64,000 nt of DNA from Candidatus Zixiibacteriota bacterium (GCA_050117845.1 JASFLY010000007.1:32001-96000), one strand, 5' to 3'. Shown: positions 36,886 to 46,533, counted from the first letter of the stretch. The notes: generated from the letters alone by a model not told the origin. A program made the numbers and translations.

Positions 36886-39699
36886 TTAGCGGGACCCCAC
36901 TACGAGTTTACGGGTCGCGCTGCTGTCGCCTGCCGTCAGGCGATAGAGGTAAACGCCCGCCGGCAACGGCCGGCCGGAGTCGTCCTTGAGCGCGTAAGCT
37001 TCGTTGTTGGCGCCGGCACCGCGCGGAGCGTCAACCACCGTCGCGACGCGGCGTCCACTCAGGTCGTAAACCACCAATTCCACGTGGGAGTTGGTCGGCA
37101 AGCTGTAGGCGAATACGGTTTCGGTATCCGCCGGGTTAGGATAGTTCTGATGCAGGCTGAACACCGTCGGTTTACCCGAAGGCGGCGTCGAGCCCTTTTT
37201 CGCGCCGTAGCCCAGCACGAACTTGCCCAAACGATCGGTGGCCGCCACTACGCGGCGGGCCCGCCGGTCGATGGTGCCGCCCAGGTCTTCCCAACCGGTA
37301 CCGTTCCAACGGTAGACCGAGAGGTAGTCTTCGCGCCGTACATCGAGGCCGTCGTAGGACAGCGTTACTTCGGCGGGTTTCGCCAGACGCGCCCAGCTCG
37401 GCGACATGTCGTACGCGGGGCCGAGGGTTTCGACCGCAACGCCGTTGTTAATGGACGCTGTAGCGGCCAGAGAAGCACCGCTGTTTCTTTCTCCCTGTGG
37501 CGTGACAAGGAAGAGCGTCGCCCGACCTACGGTTCCGGCCGGTAGTTTGAGCGAGGCGTCGTCGTCACCGATAACGCCGCCGCCCGCCGCGAGGAAGCCG
37601 GCGCTGAAGTTCTTTTCGCCGGACGCGAGGTTGCCACCCTTATCAGCGGCGTTCCATTTCATCATCCCCGAACCGGTTTCGCCGATATCGAGGATAAACG
37701 TTCCGTTGAAGCTTTGGCCGCTCGGCGAAGCGGTTAAAGGAACGAGTTCCGCCCGGTCTTCGCCGCTCGTCGAATCGAACCAGACTTCGATTTCGGGTTT
37801 GCCGTATAGCTCTTCGTCCGAGCCCACCAGCAACTCGAGGTAATCGGGGTTCGCCTGAAGGATGGCCACGCTACCGGCTACGCGAGGGGCGGTGTTGTCG
37901 CTCGTCGATTCGAAGGAGTACTGGAACGGTAACGAGGTTCCGACGGTGGCGGTACAGGAGAAGACCGCGACTATGGCGTCGTACTGGCCGGGGTTGTTTA
38001 TCCGGACGATACCCGTGTCTTCAGGGGTGAACATCCGCGTCATGCAACCGGCGTTGCCGTTGAGGTCGGTCCAGGTCGTCCCGTTCGTGGTAACGGCTAC
38101 CGCGCCGCCCCAGTCTTTACTATCAGCCTCGTTGCTCTCGTCGCCTTCGAAATGTATTATCAAGTGGTTCCAGGTCGGAGGATCGTTGAAGAGGAAGTAT
38201 CCGGCGCCGCAATGGTTCATGTAGTAACTTTCGCCCGGAACGAAATTGACGATGGGGTATTCGCCGGTTCCCCACGTATTCGAGAGGCCCACTTCCGCAA
38301 GCCGAGCACCATACCGGTAGTGGTTGCCGTCATCCCGTACTCCGGTGAACCAGTTCCAGGCCGTGAATTCCTCGTACGTTTCGGCGAAGGCCCGGCCGTT
38401 GAGGTAATCGTTCTTAAGGTCGTGCAGCTCGGTAAGATACCCGGCCGCTTCCTTGCTTTCACGGTTGACCGACGGGTCGTTGGTGTACCACTCATCGCCG
38501 TTGGAAAGGGCGCGCCACACGTTACGAACCATGGCCCCTTCCCATTTGTCTTCCAGCGGTTGCCAATCCGGCAGTTTCCAGTAACGGACCGCCCGATCGT
38601 TCAGGAAGAAGTTCCAGGCAACGGTCTCGTAACCGCCGTCGTCGGTGCCGTCCAGAGAGACGTACGGGTGGCCGAGGTAACCGGCGGCACGACCGATGGC
38701 TTGGTCCTCACCCGGGAAAACTTCGTTCTGGGCCCAAACGGCGGTACATTCAAAATACCACCGGGGCGTCGCGCTCGGGCTGGACTCGATGGCGTCATAC
38801 ATGTACTGGACGCCGTGGTTCAACTCGTGAGACACCGTAACGCGTTCCGGATAAGTACCCGTAGGACCGTCGTAGTGGTTGCGTTCCATGAAGTACGGCG
38901 TCCGGTCGTTGCGGTAGGTTGTCGGGAAATCGTACGGGTCGTTCGTCGTCATCCCGAGAACGTTGCCGTTGAAACGCCCCAGGTACATATCCCAACGGTC
39001 GTTTCCGCCGTAGTCATACTCTTCGTCCGGCGGATAATCCAAGTCGGGATAGTAATCCCGAAGCGGCATAATCTGCTCGTACGGGTCGTAGAACCACTGA
39101 TGGTCGGCGTACACCTTCCAGGCGTATTCGGCGTCGTACGCGTAATTTTCGACCATGTCGGGTACGCCGTTGTTGTTGAGGTCGCTCGTATCGTCGATGG
39201 CGTGCACGCCTTTCTCCACCCAGTGGACGCGGAAGTTAGTCCCGCCATCCTTGGGCTGAGAATCGTACGTGTAAACCTCGAACCCTTCGTAGTTCGAATA
39301 GATACCGAACGCGGAGTTGAGGCTACGGTAAACGGTACCGCCGTCCATCTGAGCCGGCTCGAAGGGATCGGCGCCGTAAGCGTCGATTATGACACGCTTC
39401 GCTTCGGGCTTCATGCTATCCCAGCGGCCTTGGAGTTCGAGCCATACGTGAGTACCGCTTACGGGTTCCGGCGCGTAGTAGTCGGACCGGTACCGTTCGG
39501 GTATACTCTCTACACCGACGAGCGAAAGGCCGAGGTACCGATAGGCCAACGCCATATCGGGATCCAACTCGCCCCTTTCGACCGCGGTATTTACCTTGTA
39601 TATTACCGTGTCTTCACGGTCGACGACTTTAAGGTCACTGGCGCCGACGGCACCTACGACCACGGCCGCGACAGCGAACAGTAGAATCGTCTTTCTCAT
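36886..39699 (-). CDS. Secreted HExxH zinc metalloprotease, paralog of 32228..34969, with ZU5-like domain and T9SS-type CTD
   Basis: 'DLNNNGVPDMVE', 'SHELNHGVQ', 'WYFECTAVWAQ'; CTD 'LHQNYPNP...VYDLSGRRV...GVYLYRL...TRKLVV'. Confidence 0.8.
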   Translation of the reverse strand: MRKTILLFAVAAVVVGAVGASDLKVVDREDTVIYKVNTAVERGELDPDMALAYRYLGLSLVGVESIPERYRSDYYAPEPVSGTHVWLELQGRWDSMKPEAKRVIIDAYGADPFEPAQMDGGTVYRSLNSAFGIYSNYEGFEVYTYDSQPKDGGTNFRVHWVEKGVHAIDDTSDLNNNGVPDMVENYAYDAEYAWKVYADHQWFYDPYEQIMPLRDYYPDLDYPPDEEYDYGGNDRWDMYLGRFNGNVLGMTTNDPYDFPTTYRNDRTPYFMERNHYDGPTGTYPERVTVSHELNHGVQYMYDAIESSPSATPRWYFECTAVWAQNEVFPGEDQAIGRAAGYLGHPYVSLDGTDDGGYETVAWNFFLNDRAVRYWKLPDWQPLEDKWEGAMVRNVWRALSNGDEWYTNDPSVNRESKEAAGYLTELHDLKNDYLNGRAFAETYEEFTAWNWFTGVRDDGNHYRYGARLAEVGLSNTWGTGEYPIVNFVPGESYYMNHCGAGYFLFNDPPTWNHLIIHFEGDESNEADSKDWGGAVAVTTNGTTWTDLNGNAGCMTRMFTPEDTGIVRINNPGQYDAIVAVFSCTATVGTSLPFQYSFESTSDNTAPRVAGSVAILQANPDYLELLVGSDEELYGKPEIEVWFDSTSGEDRAELVPLTASPSGQSFNGTFILDIGETGSGMMKWNAADKGGNLASGEKNFSAGFLAAGGGVIGDDDASLKLPAGTVGRATLFLVTPQGERNSGASLAATASINNGVAVETLGPAYDMSPSWARLAKPAEVTLSYDGLDVRREDYLSVYRWNGTGWEDLGGTIDRRARRVVAATDRLGKFVLGYGAKKGSTPPSGKPTVFSLHQNYPNPADTETVFAYSLPTNSHVELVVYDLSGRRVATVVDAPRGAGANNEAYALKDDSGRPLPAGVYLYRLTAGDSSATRKLVVGSR

Positions 39700-39774
39700 A
39701 CTATCATCCCTTTCTTAGAACCCGTATTTGGCCTAAGGTTTTTTTGGGTTATTATCCTCTCTTAAACGCATTCC

Positions 39775-39803
39775 ACGCTACCATAGCGATATATCCGTGT
39801 CAA
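39775..39803 (-). promoter_or_regulatory. Sigma70-type promoter of the metalloprotease gene
   Basis: TTGACA-N17-TAGCGT with TGn extension. Confidence 0.6.
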
Positions 39804-40005
39804 GGTATTTTTAGTGACGTCCATCTCTTCTTCGCCCGGTCGGACCCGCCTCTTTACGGCCCCCCGGGCATCACCCGGCTCCGTTCTTTCATCGTGTCAT
39901 CCCCTTTGCTATCGTTTTTCAGCTCCTTGGAAATCTATACCCTTTATTAATTCCACTATATATCTTTAAACGGCTCTCGCCTTACGCCGCTCTACTCCTA
40001 CGCCG

Positions 40006-40629
40006 TTAAGCGAGCCGCTTTTCAGCCTTCTCTTTTATCGCCGCCAATTCGACGAGCCGCGACGTTATTTCGGCCAAACCGTCCTCGAACCGCCCTCGGG
40101 CGCCGTCGTCCTCGATCCCCCCGAGGTTTATTTGTATATTGTAACCGGCGGCCCGAGCCGCGGCCTCGAGGCATAACGCGCCGCACGCGACGTCGGATAT
40201 CGCGCTTTTGGAACCAAACTCGGCCAGAGCGGCGCCGGCCGCGTACGCTTCCAACGCTTTCCGTGCCGTTTCGAGCGGCACCTCCGCTGCCCCTATCGTC
40301 GCTTCTTCAATCGCCGCCTTCCGTGCTTCTTTCTCGGCTTCTTCCTCCTTCGGCATTTTAAACGCGGCCATAACTTTATCAAAAGCCGCCGCGTCCTCGT
40401 CTATTAATTCCGTAAAACGTTGTTGGACGGGCCGCAGCTTTGCCAGCGCCTCTTCGATCGGCGTTTTATCCTCCGGTTTCTTTTTCCTCATAGTTATCTC
40501 GCCGACCATAATAAAAAGAGAAACCCCCAACGCCCCGGCCAACGCCGCGACGCTGCCGCCCCCGGGGACGGGTTCCGAACTCGCCAAAGTATTTAAGAAT
40601 TCACCGATAGTCTCTTTGTCGTACGGCAT
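40006..40629 (-). CDS. Cyclodeaminase/cyclohydrolase family protein (FTCD C-terminal; methenyl-THF cyclohydrolase-like)
   Basis: 'FLNTLASSEPVPGGGSVAAL', 'LIDEDAAAF', 'AAEVPL', 'SAISD', 'NIQINL'. Confidence 0.9.
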   Translation of the reverse strand: MPYDKETIGEFLNTLASSEPVPGGGSVAALAGALGVSLFIMVGEITMRKKKPEDKTPIEEALAKLRPVQQRFTELIDEDAAAFDKVMAAFKMPKEEEAEKEARKAAIEEATIGAAEVPLETARKALEAYAAGAALAEFGSKSAISDVACGALCLEAAARAAGYNIQINLGGIEDDGARGRFEDGLAEITSRLVELAAIKEKAEKRLA

Positions 40630-40701
40630 TTCGACCTCCGAATTCCATTACTTTATTGAACTATGCCTTCCCGCCCGATAATGATAATAGTTCCTAATAC
40701 C

Positions 40702-40730
40702 AATATACATTATCAGGCCGGCCGTGTCAA
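40702..40730 (-). promoter_or_regulatory. Sigma70-type promoter
   Basis: TTGACA-N17-TATATT. Confidence 0.65.
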
Positions 40731-40759
40731 GCTTTTTCGGCTCTACCGGGGCCTATTTC

Positions 40760-42511
40760 TTACGATTCCCGGATTTGCTCGCCGTCCCGGAAAAGGTAGC
40801 GCTTTATCTTTCTCGTCGTCGTTTTCGGGAACTCCTCTTTTCGGATTTTTATTATCTTCACTCTTTTATAATCGGCTAGTGTTTGGCTGCACGCCCCGAC
40901 GGCGTCCCGGACCTGACGTTCCGCGAACGCGTCGTCAAACGGTTCCCCGGCCCGCGCGGCTTCGCCCTCTAGGTATTCGTAGTCCGGGAAGACCACCGCG
41001 CCGACGGTCTCGCGGCCGGTCGACGGGTCGGACATCGGCATGACCGCGACCTCCGCCACGACGGGCGACGCGGCCAACTCCGCCTCTATCTCTTCCGGGT
41101 AAACGTTCTTCCCGGCCGCCGTCACGATGACGTTCTTAATACGTCCTGTAATATATATGTATCCCTCGCGATCCAGCCAGCCGGCGTCCCCGGTATATAG
41201 CCACCCGTCGCGCAGGACACTCTGCGTTAAAGCCGGGTCTTCGTAATAACCCACCATTATATTGTCGCCGGCGACCGCGACCTCGCCCACTCCCTCGGCG
41301 TCCGGGTTCGATATGCGGACCTCGACGCCGGGGATGATAACGCCGCTCGATGCGAACTTGATCCGGTCGAGCGGGTTCACGGAAACGACGGGGGACGTTT
41401 CGGTCAAGCCGTAACCGGGCAGGAGGTTCAGGCCGAGATAATAAAAAGTCCGGGCGACCTCCGCCTTGAGCGGGGCCGCTCCCGATATAAACATCCGAAT
41501 GGTCTCGAGGCCCGCCTTCTTCCTCAGGCCGGCGAAGAAAAGTTTTCCGAAATTAGCGCCCGTGAGGACGTGTGCCGCCCGCGTGACGGCCATCATCGTG
41601 TGGAAGAGCGCCCGGGTAAGGGGCGGCGCGTCGTTTATCGCCCGGCGCAACCCGCCGAGCATCTTTTCGTAAAGTAAAGGGACGCCGCACATCATCGTCA
41701 CGCCGGCGCCCCGCAAATCCTCGACTATCTCCTTGGACTTGAAAGATCGCGCGTAGGTGATGGAGGAGCCCCCGGATATCGGAATTAGCATCCCGGCCGT
41801 CGCCTCGAAGGTATGGTGGAGCGGCAAAAGCGAGAGGAACACGTCGCGCTCGTCGAACGGCAACGCCTGGTACACCTGATGCACGTTCGCGCCCAGGTTA
41901 CGGTGGGACAACATCGCGGCCTTCGACGTTCCGGTCGTCCCACTTGTAAATAGGAGTACCGCCAAGTCGTCGAGTTCCACTTCCCGCTCGAGGAAACCCG
42001 CGCGCGCCTTTTCGCCCTCACCCGCGGCGAGCGTAGCCGCCCAGCCCCTGACCGGCGCCGGCCCCTCCTCCCCCTCCCCCATCGAGATAATTCCTCGCAC
42101 GCGGGCCAACACCTCGCGAAGAGGCTTGACGGTCGCGAGGGCCGACGGCGCCGACACGACGACCTCGACGCCGGCCTTCTCCATTATCCCGCCGAGCTCT
42201 TTTTCCTTCAACTGCGGGTCGAGGGGGACGCAAACCGCTCCGCCCGAAAGTACCGCCAAATACGCCACCGCCCACTCGTAGCGGTTCTCGCCGATAACGG
42301 CCACGCGTGTCCCGGGGCCTACCCCTAAAAGCGAAAGCGCCGTCCCCAAACGGACGACGTCCTCGTATAACTGCTCGTAGGTGGTGGTGGAGTACTCGCC
42401 GTTCGGCTGACGCTTGCGGGCGAAGACGTACTGGCCGAACTCCCGTCGCGCCCGCTCGACGAGTTCGGGGATCGTGTATACACCTATGCCGGGACGGACA
42501 CCTTTAACCAT
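40760..42511 (-). CDS. Long-chain fatty acid-CoA ligase (AMP-binding)
   Basis: 'LFTSGTTGTSK', 'GYGLTETSP', 'YTGDAG', 'ITGRIKNVIVTAAGKNVYPEEIE'. The ORF-track TTG (42568) is the -35 of TTGACG-N17-TAAAAT, so the start is set to ATG 42511. Confidence 0.9.
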   Translation of the reverse strand: MVKGVRPGIGVYTIPELVERARREFGQYVFARKRQPNGEYSTTTYEQLYEDVVRLGTALSLLGVGPGTRVAVIGENRYEWAVAYLAVLSGGAVCVPLDPQLKEKELGGIMEKAGVEVVVSAPSALATVKPLREVLARVRGIISMGEGEEGPAPVRGWAATLAAGEGEKARAGFLEREVELDDLAVLLFTSGTTGTSKAAMLSHRNLGANVHQVYQALPFDERDVFLSLLPLHHTFEATAGMLIPISGGSSITYARSFKSKEIVEDLRGAGVTMMCGVPLLYEKMLGGLRRAINDAPPLTRALFHTMMAVTRAAHVLTGANFGKLFFAGLRKKAGLETIRMFISGAAPLKAEVARTFYYLGLNLLPGYGLTETSPVVSVNPLDRIKFASSGVIIPGVEVRISNPDAEGVGEVAVAGDNIMVGYYEDPALTQSVLRDGWLYTGDAGWLDREGYIYITGRIKNVIVTAAGKNVYPEEIEAELAASPVVAEVAVMPMSDPSTGRETVGAVVFPDYEYLEGEAARAGEPFDDAFAERQVRDAVGACSQTLADYKRVKIIKIRKEEFPKTTTRKIKRYLFRDGEQIRES

Positions 42512-42580
42512 TATATTCTTTACGGCGGGATAAAGCAGGATTTTATCGGAACGGCGATTCCGCGTCAAGGTTTTTTTGGG

Positions 42581-43435
42581 TTAACCGCCGCGAGTTTCCC
42601 CATCCATTTCGGCCGCGGGGAACGTTATTTCGCCGCGCAGAACGAGACGACGGTAAAAGGCCCCAAGACCTACCGTCAGATATGCCGCGGCCCAGAAAAG
42701 CGCCGTTACGACGTTGCCCGCCGGCCCGTAGAGGCCGGCCTCGGTGAGGTGCCAGTGGATGGCGTTGCCGGCGGCGTAGAAGATGAGGCCCAGCGCCAGC
42801 TGGGCCCAGGGCCTACCCATACCACGGCCGCCGTAGAGCGCTATGACGATGAGCGCGAGCGCCCCCAACGCAAAGTTGGCCGTGGCCAAAAAGACGTCGG
42901 CCACGCGGTCACCCGGCGTAAGGCCGGGGTTCCGTAGAGCCGGGATTATTACGAAATGGACCGCGAGTAGTAAGGCCAAACCCGCGGTAGCCAACGCGCC
43001 GGCCAGAGCCTGGCCGGAGACGCGTGATGGGCGTCGCACCACCTTCACCGCGAGCGCCGCTATAACGAAAGCCGCGCCCACGCCCCACGACCAATCCGAG
43101 AACGAAGGATACGGCATCGCCGCGGCCCGCAAGGCTACGTTGTAAAAAGTGTAAACGGCGCCGGCGAACCATCCGAGCGCGCCGAGCGAAAATAGAACCC
43201 ACGTCAAGCGGAGGGCCGGTTGCCGTCGCGAGGCCCGGAACGCCCGGATCACGAAAAACGCCGCCACCGCCGAGGCCGTCGCCAGGGCACCGGATATAGT
43301 AACCCCACGGGCCACCCCTTCACCCGGCATCACGATAATCGCGACGCCGAGAACGACGAGCGACAACAACATTACCCGCAGGTATATATTCAGCTTCCTC
43401 ACGCCGATACCCCGGCCGCGCCGGGACACCCCCAC
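42581..43435 (-). CDS. Polytopic membrane protein (about 8 TM) resembling membrane sensor modules of signalling proteins
   Basis: 'W..FSLG...WFAG...Y.......PYPSFSDW', 'PWAQLALGL....AGN'. Start may be GTG 43402. Confidence 0.55.
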   Translation of the reverse strand: MGVSRRGRGIGVRKLNIYLRVMLLSLVVLGVAIIVMPGEGVARGVTISGALATASAVAAFFVIRAFRASRRQPALRLTWVLFSLGALGWFAGAVYTFYNVALRAAAMPYPSFSDWSWGVGAAFVIAALAVKVVRRPSRVSGQALAGALATAGLALLLAVHFVIIPALRNPGLTPGDRVADVFLATANFALGALALIVIALYGGRGMGRPWAQLALGLIFYAAGNAIHWHLTEAGLYGPAGNVVTALFWAAAYLTVGLGAFYRRLVLRGEITFPAAEMDGETRGG

Positions 43436-43453
43436 GTCACCCGGTATTTTCTA

Positions 43454-44428
43454 CTACCGGAAAATCGCCTTTACCCGACCCAGGGACGCCGGCTCCACCG
43501 CCGGACCGGACCAACGGAAATACTGTATGCGGTTATTCCCGCGATCGACGACGTATAAGCGAGCGCCGGTGGGCGAAAACGCGACGGCCATGGGATCCTC
43601 GAACTGGCCGTCTCCGCTTCCCCGTTCACCGAATTTCCCGACGTACTCGCCGGCCGGCGTAAAGTATTGTATCCGGTGATTATTTATGTCCGTCACGTAG
43701 ATGCGATTATCGCCGGGTGATAAGGCTGGGCCGTGGGGGCCGCGAAAGAAACCGTTCCCGTTGCCATATCCGCCGAATTTCCCCAGAAAAGACCCGGTCG
43801 GCGAAAAGCGCTGTACCCGGTCGTTGAAATAATCGGTAACGTAAACGTTCCCGGGTCGGTTGAACGTCAGGGCCGAGCAATAATCGAATTGGCCGTTCAG
43901 CGGGCCGGTCGTACCCCATTTGCCGAGAAAAGACCCCGAGGACGTGAAGTACTGGATACGATCGTTGTCTTGGTCCGCGACGTAAAAGTCGCCGTTCGCG
44001 GCGCACCCGCACCCGAAAGGCGAATCGAATTCTCCGTCGCCCGTCCCGTACGAGCCCCATTTCCCCAGAAACGACCCTGTCGACGTAAAATACTGGATAC
44101 GATTACTGTAGCCGTCGACGACGTACACCCGGTACCCGGGGCCTACCGCGATCCCGGTGGGCGCTTCGAACAAACCATTCCCTGACCCCTCGCGGCCCCA
44201 TTTACCGCGAAAACTACCGGCCGGCGAGAAATATTGAACGCGGCAGTTGCGCCCGTCGGTAACGAACACCCTGCCGTCCGGGCCCACGGCTATAGCAGCG
44301 GGCCAATCGAATTGGCCGTTACCGCTCCCCGACGAACCCCATTGTCCTTCGTAAACCCATACGCCCCCGACGCCAACCGGCACGGCCAGAATGATGGCCG
44401 CTACCATTAACACGACTAGCTTCCCCAT
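43454..44428 (-). CDS. Secreted NHL-repeat 6-bladed beta-propeller with short C-terminal tag
   Basis: Six repeats 'KWG..GSGNGQFD.P..IAV....VYV.D..N.RIQYF'; ends 'AVEPASLGRVKAIFR'. Confidence 0.9.
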   Translation of the reverse strand: MGKLVVLMVAAIILAVPVGVGGVWVYEGQWGSSGSGNGQFDWPAAIAVGPDGRVFVTDGRNCRVQYFSPAGSFRGKWGREGSGNGLFEAPTGIAVGPGYRVYVVDGYSNRIQYFTSTGSFLGKWGSYGTGDGEFDSPFGCGCAANGDFYVADQDNDRIQYFTSSGSFLGKWGTTGPLNGQFDYCSALTFNRPGNVYVTDYFNDRVQRFSPTGSFLGKFGGYGNGNGFFRGPHGPALSPGDNRIYVTDINNHRIQYFTPAGEYVGKFGERGSGDGQFEDPMAVAFSPTGARLYVVDRGNNRIQYFRWSGPAVEPASLGRVKAIFR

Positions 44429-44487
44429 TTTTTACCTCCTCCATTTGTTCGCCGAATACTAACATTACTGGTAGGACCGGGCAATGG

Positions 44488-44718
44488 AAAACCCCGGCCC
44501 GAAGGCCGGGGGTTATCGTGCATTATAGTATAATTGTTATATTACTCGACGACGACCAGCTTACGGGCCGCCGTATTCCCGCCGGCCTCCAGCCGGTACG
44601 TGTACACGCCCGGCGCCAGCGTCGAGACGTCCACGCTTACCTCGTTGTCGCCGGCCTTGGCGACCCCGGCGAAAGGTACGGCGACTTTGCGGCCCGATAT
44701 GTCGTATATCGTTACCGT
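44488..44718. repeat. Direct repeat copy A: terminator plus 3' end of T9SS-type CTD coding sequence
   Basis: 44543-44718 matches 47423-47598 with 4 mismatches over 176 nt by manual alignment; terminator AAAACCCCGGCCCGAAGGCCGGGG at the same 2880-bp offset. Confidence 0.9.
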
Positions 44719-46494
44719 GGCCTCGCCCGCCGTCGGGACCGAAAACGCCACAGTCGTATTATCGCGCGCCGGGTTGGGGTAGTTCTGGGAGAGGGCGAAC
44801 GCGGCCTTGACGCCCGCCGTGCATTCTACCGGGCCGTGCCGCTCCGCCGCGCCGGCGAGGGGGACTACCTCCAACCAGTAGTGGTACGTGTTGCCGGCAT
44901 CGACAACCTCGTCGAGATAGCGGTAGGGAGACTCGCCGGTTATAAGTTCGGCGTTAATCTTCGCCGGTTCGGAGGTCGTCGGGACGCCCCCGACCTCCCG
45001 GAAGAGGTTGAAACCGGCGAAGGCCTCGCCCACTTCCCAGCGCAGGGCGACGCCCCGGTCGCAGGGAGTGGCGGCGAATCCCTTGACGTCGATGCCGATA
45101 TTAACCTTGTTCAGGAAGACCTTATTAGTAGCGCCGTAGGGGTAGCCGCTCGAGGTAGTACACGCAACCGCCACGTCGGGCCAGCCGTCGCCGTTTATAT
45201 CGCCGACGTCAATATCGTGGATAGAAAACGGCGGCCCCGGTGCGTAATGCCATTGTGGTCTCGCCGGGATTTTACCGCCTTTCCAGAAGTAGCCGAGAAC
45301 GCCACTGCCGGAATCCTGGATTAAATCTAATAAACCGTCGCCGTCGGCGTCGACGAAACAAGAGTTGCGGTTATGGGTGTACACTTCAGATTCCCAATCC
45401 GGCGTATCCGGCAGGACGCCGTGGTCGGAGAAATAAAGGTCGGCATACCGGTCGACGCATCCAGCCCCCAGGCCGCAAATCCCTTTCACGAGGTCGAGCC
45501 ACCCGTCGGCATTGGCGTCCCCCCACGCCAACGCGTGGCACCTTCCCGGATTATCTTCGCTACGCCAGCAGTGTGTTTGTTCGAGGACGCCGCCGTTATT
45601 GCGAAAGATAAAAACGTATCCCTCTTGCGTCTGGCTCCCGGCGAACGTTCCTCCCGCAAGGTCCATATCGCCATCGGCATCGAAGTCGCCCCAGGCAACG
45701 TCGTAAGCGTTTAAGTAGTCGATGGACCATGACGGCGCGTCCTCGAGCGTCCCCGCCGTATTCTTGAAGATGTAGAATTGGTCCAGCCAAAGGTCGGCTA
45801 CCGCCAACTCCAAGTACCCGTCGTTGTCGACGTCCCCCCACGCAAGGCCCGTCGGCGCCGACCCTGGCATATATTTACTCCACGAGGGCGTAGCCTCCAA
45901 ACCGGCGCCCGTATTCCTGTAAACCTTGACGAGTTCGTCCCCCAATACGGCGACGTCCACGTCGCCGTCGGCATCGAAATCCGCGGCCGCCGCTTCGCCC
46001 GAGTAATCTTCCGTTTCCGATAACCATTCGGCGAAGCGGCTAAGGCGGCCGTCCGCATTTGCGTAGACGACGTCCCGGCCGTCAGTCTCTAGGCGTATTT
46101 CGTTGGCGGCGAAAAGGTCGAGTCGATTGGACCAGGTGTAAGCGACCGAGATAAGCGCGGCTGGCGCGGGCGCGTCTTTCAACGAGTACCACCCGGCGTG
46201 AGCGTCGAAACAATAGTCACTACGCGGCACAACCTGGCCGTTAATCTTAATCTCGCGAATACTAAGCGCGGGCCAGTGGTCCAGGTAGAAGACGTGTTTC
46301 TGGCCGTCGCCGTCCTTCCATTCGGACGGTACGTATTGCCACCCGTCGCCGTTGAAATCGCCCAACGCTACGCCCCATGTCGAGCGCTTGTCGGCGCTCA
46401 CCCAATCGGCGCGGAAATTATAGGGCGGGCGGGCCGACGCCGAAGCAGCTATTACTAACCCCGCGGCCACGACAACGAATATTATCTTCTTCAT
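44542..46494 (-). CDS. Secreted FG-GAP/VCBS repeat protein with T9SS-type CTD
   Basis: Repeats 'AWGDVDNDGYLEL', 'AWGDFDADGDMDL', 'VGDINGDGWPDV'; CTD 'LSQNYPNP...IYDISGRKV...GVYTYRL...RKLVVVE'. Confidence 0.88.
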   Translation of the reverse strand: MKKIIFVVVAAGLVIAASASARPPYNFRADWVSADKRSTWGVALGDFNGDGWQYVPSEWKDGDGQKHVFYLDHWPALSIREIKINGQVVPRSDYCFDAHAGWYSLKDAPAPAALISVAYTWSNRLDLFAANEIRLETDGRDVVYANADGRLSRFAEWLSETEDYSGEAAAADFDADGDVDVAVLGDELVKVYRNTGAGLEATPSWSKYMPGSAPTGLAWGDVDNDGYLELAVADLWLDQFYIFKNTAGTLEDAPSWSIDYLNAYDVAWGDFDADGDMDLAGGTFAGSQTQEGYVFIFRNNGGVLEQTHCWRSEDNPGRCHALAWGDANADGWLDLVKGICGLGAGCVDRYADLYFSDHGVLPDTPDWESEVYTHNRNSCFVDADGDGLLDLIQDSGSGVLGYFWKGGKIPARPQWHYAPGPPFSIHDIDVGDINGDGWPDVAVACTTSSGYPYGATNKVFLNKVNIGIDVKGFAATPCDRGVALRWEVGEAFAGFNLFREVGGVPTTSEPAKINAELITGESPYRYLDEVVDAGNTYHYWLEVVPLAGAAERHGPVECTAGVKAAFALSQNYPNPARDNTTVAFSVPTAGEATVTIYDISGRKVAVPFAGVAKAGDNEVSVDVSTLAPGVYTYRLEAGGNTAARKLVVVE

Positions 46495-46533
46495 CTCGGT
46501 AAACCTCCTCGCACGGGGCGCGCTACTCCCCGG

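Noticed and set aside
5022..39684. Long antisense ORFs (e.g. 5022..6422, 9525..10520, 27516..28910, 33542..34825, 38152..39684)
   Set aside because: Shadow frames of well-supported genes; expected in high-GC DNA, with Arg/Pro/Gly-biased translations and no motifs.
43454..44428. Periodic nucleotide repeats here and at 54100-54400 as CRISPR arrays
   Set aside because: They are degenerate in-frame protein repeats (NHL, beta-flower) with no constant repeat/unique spacer structure and no cas genes.
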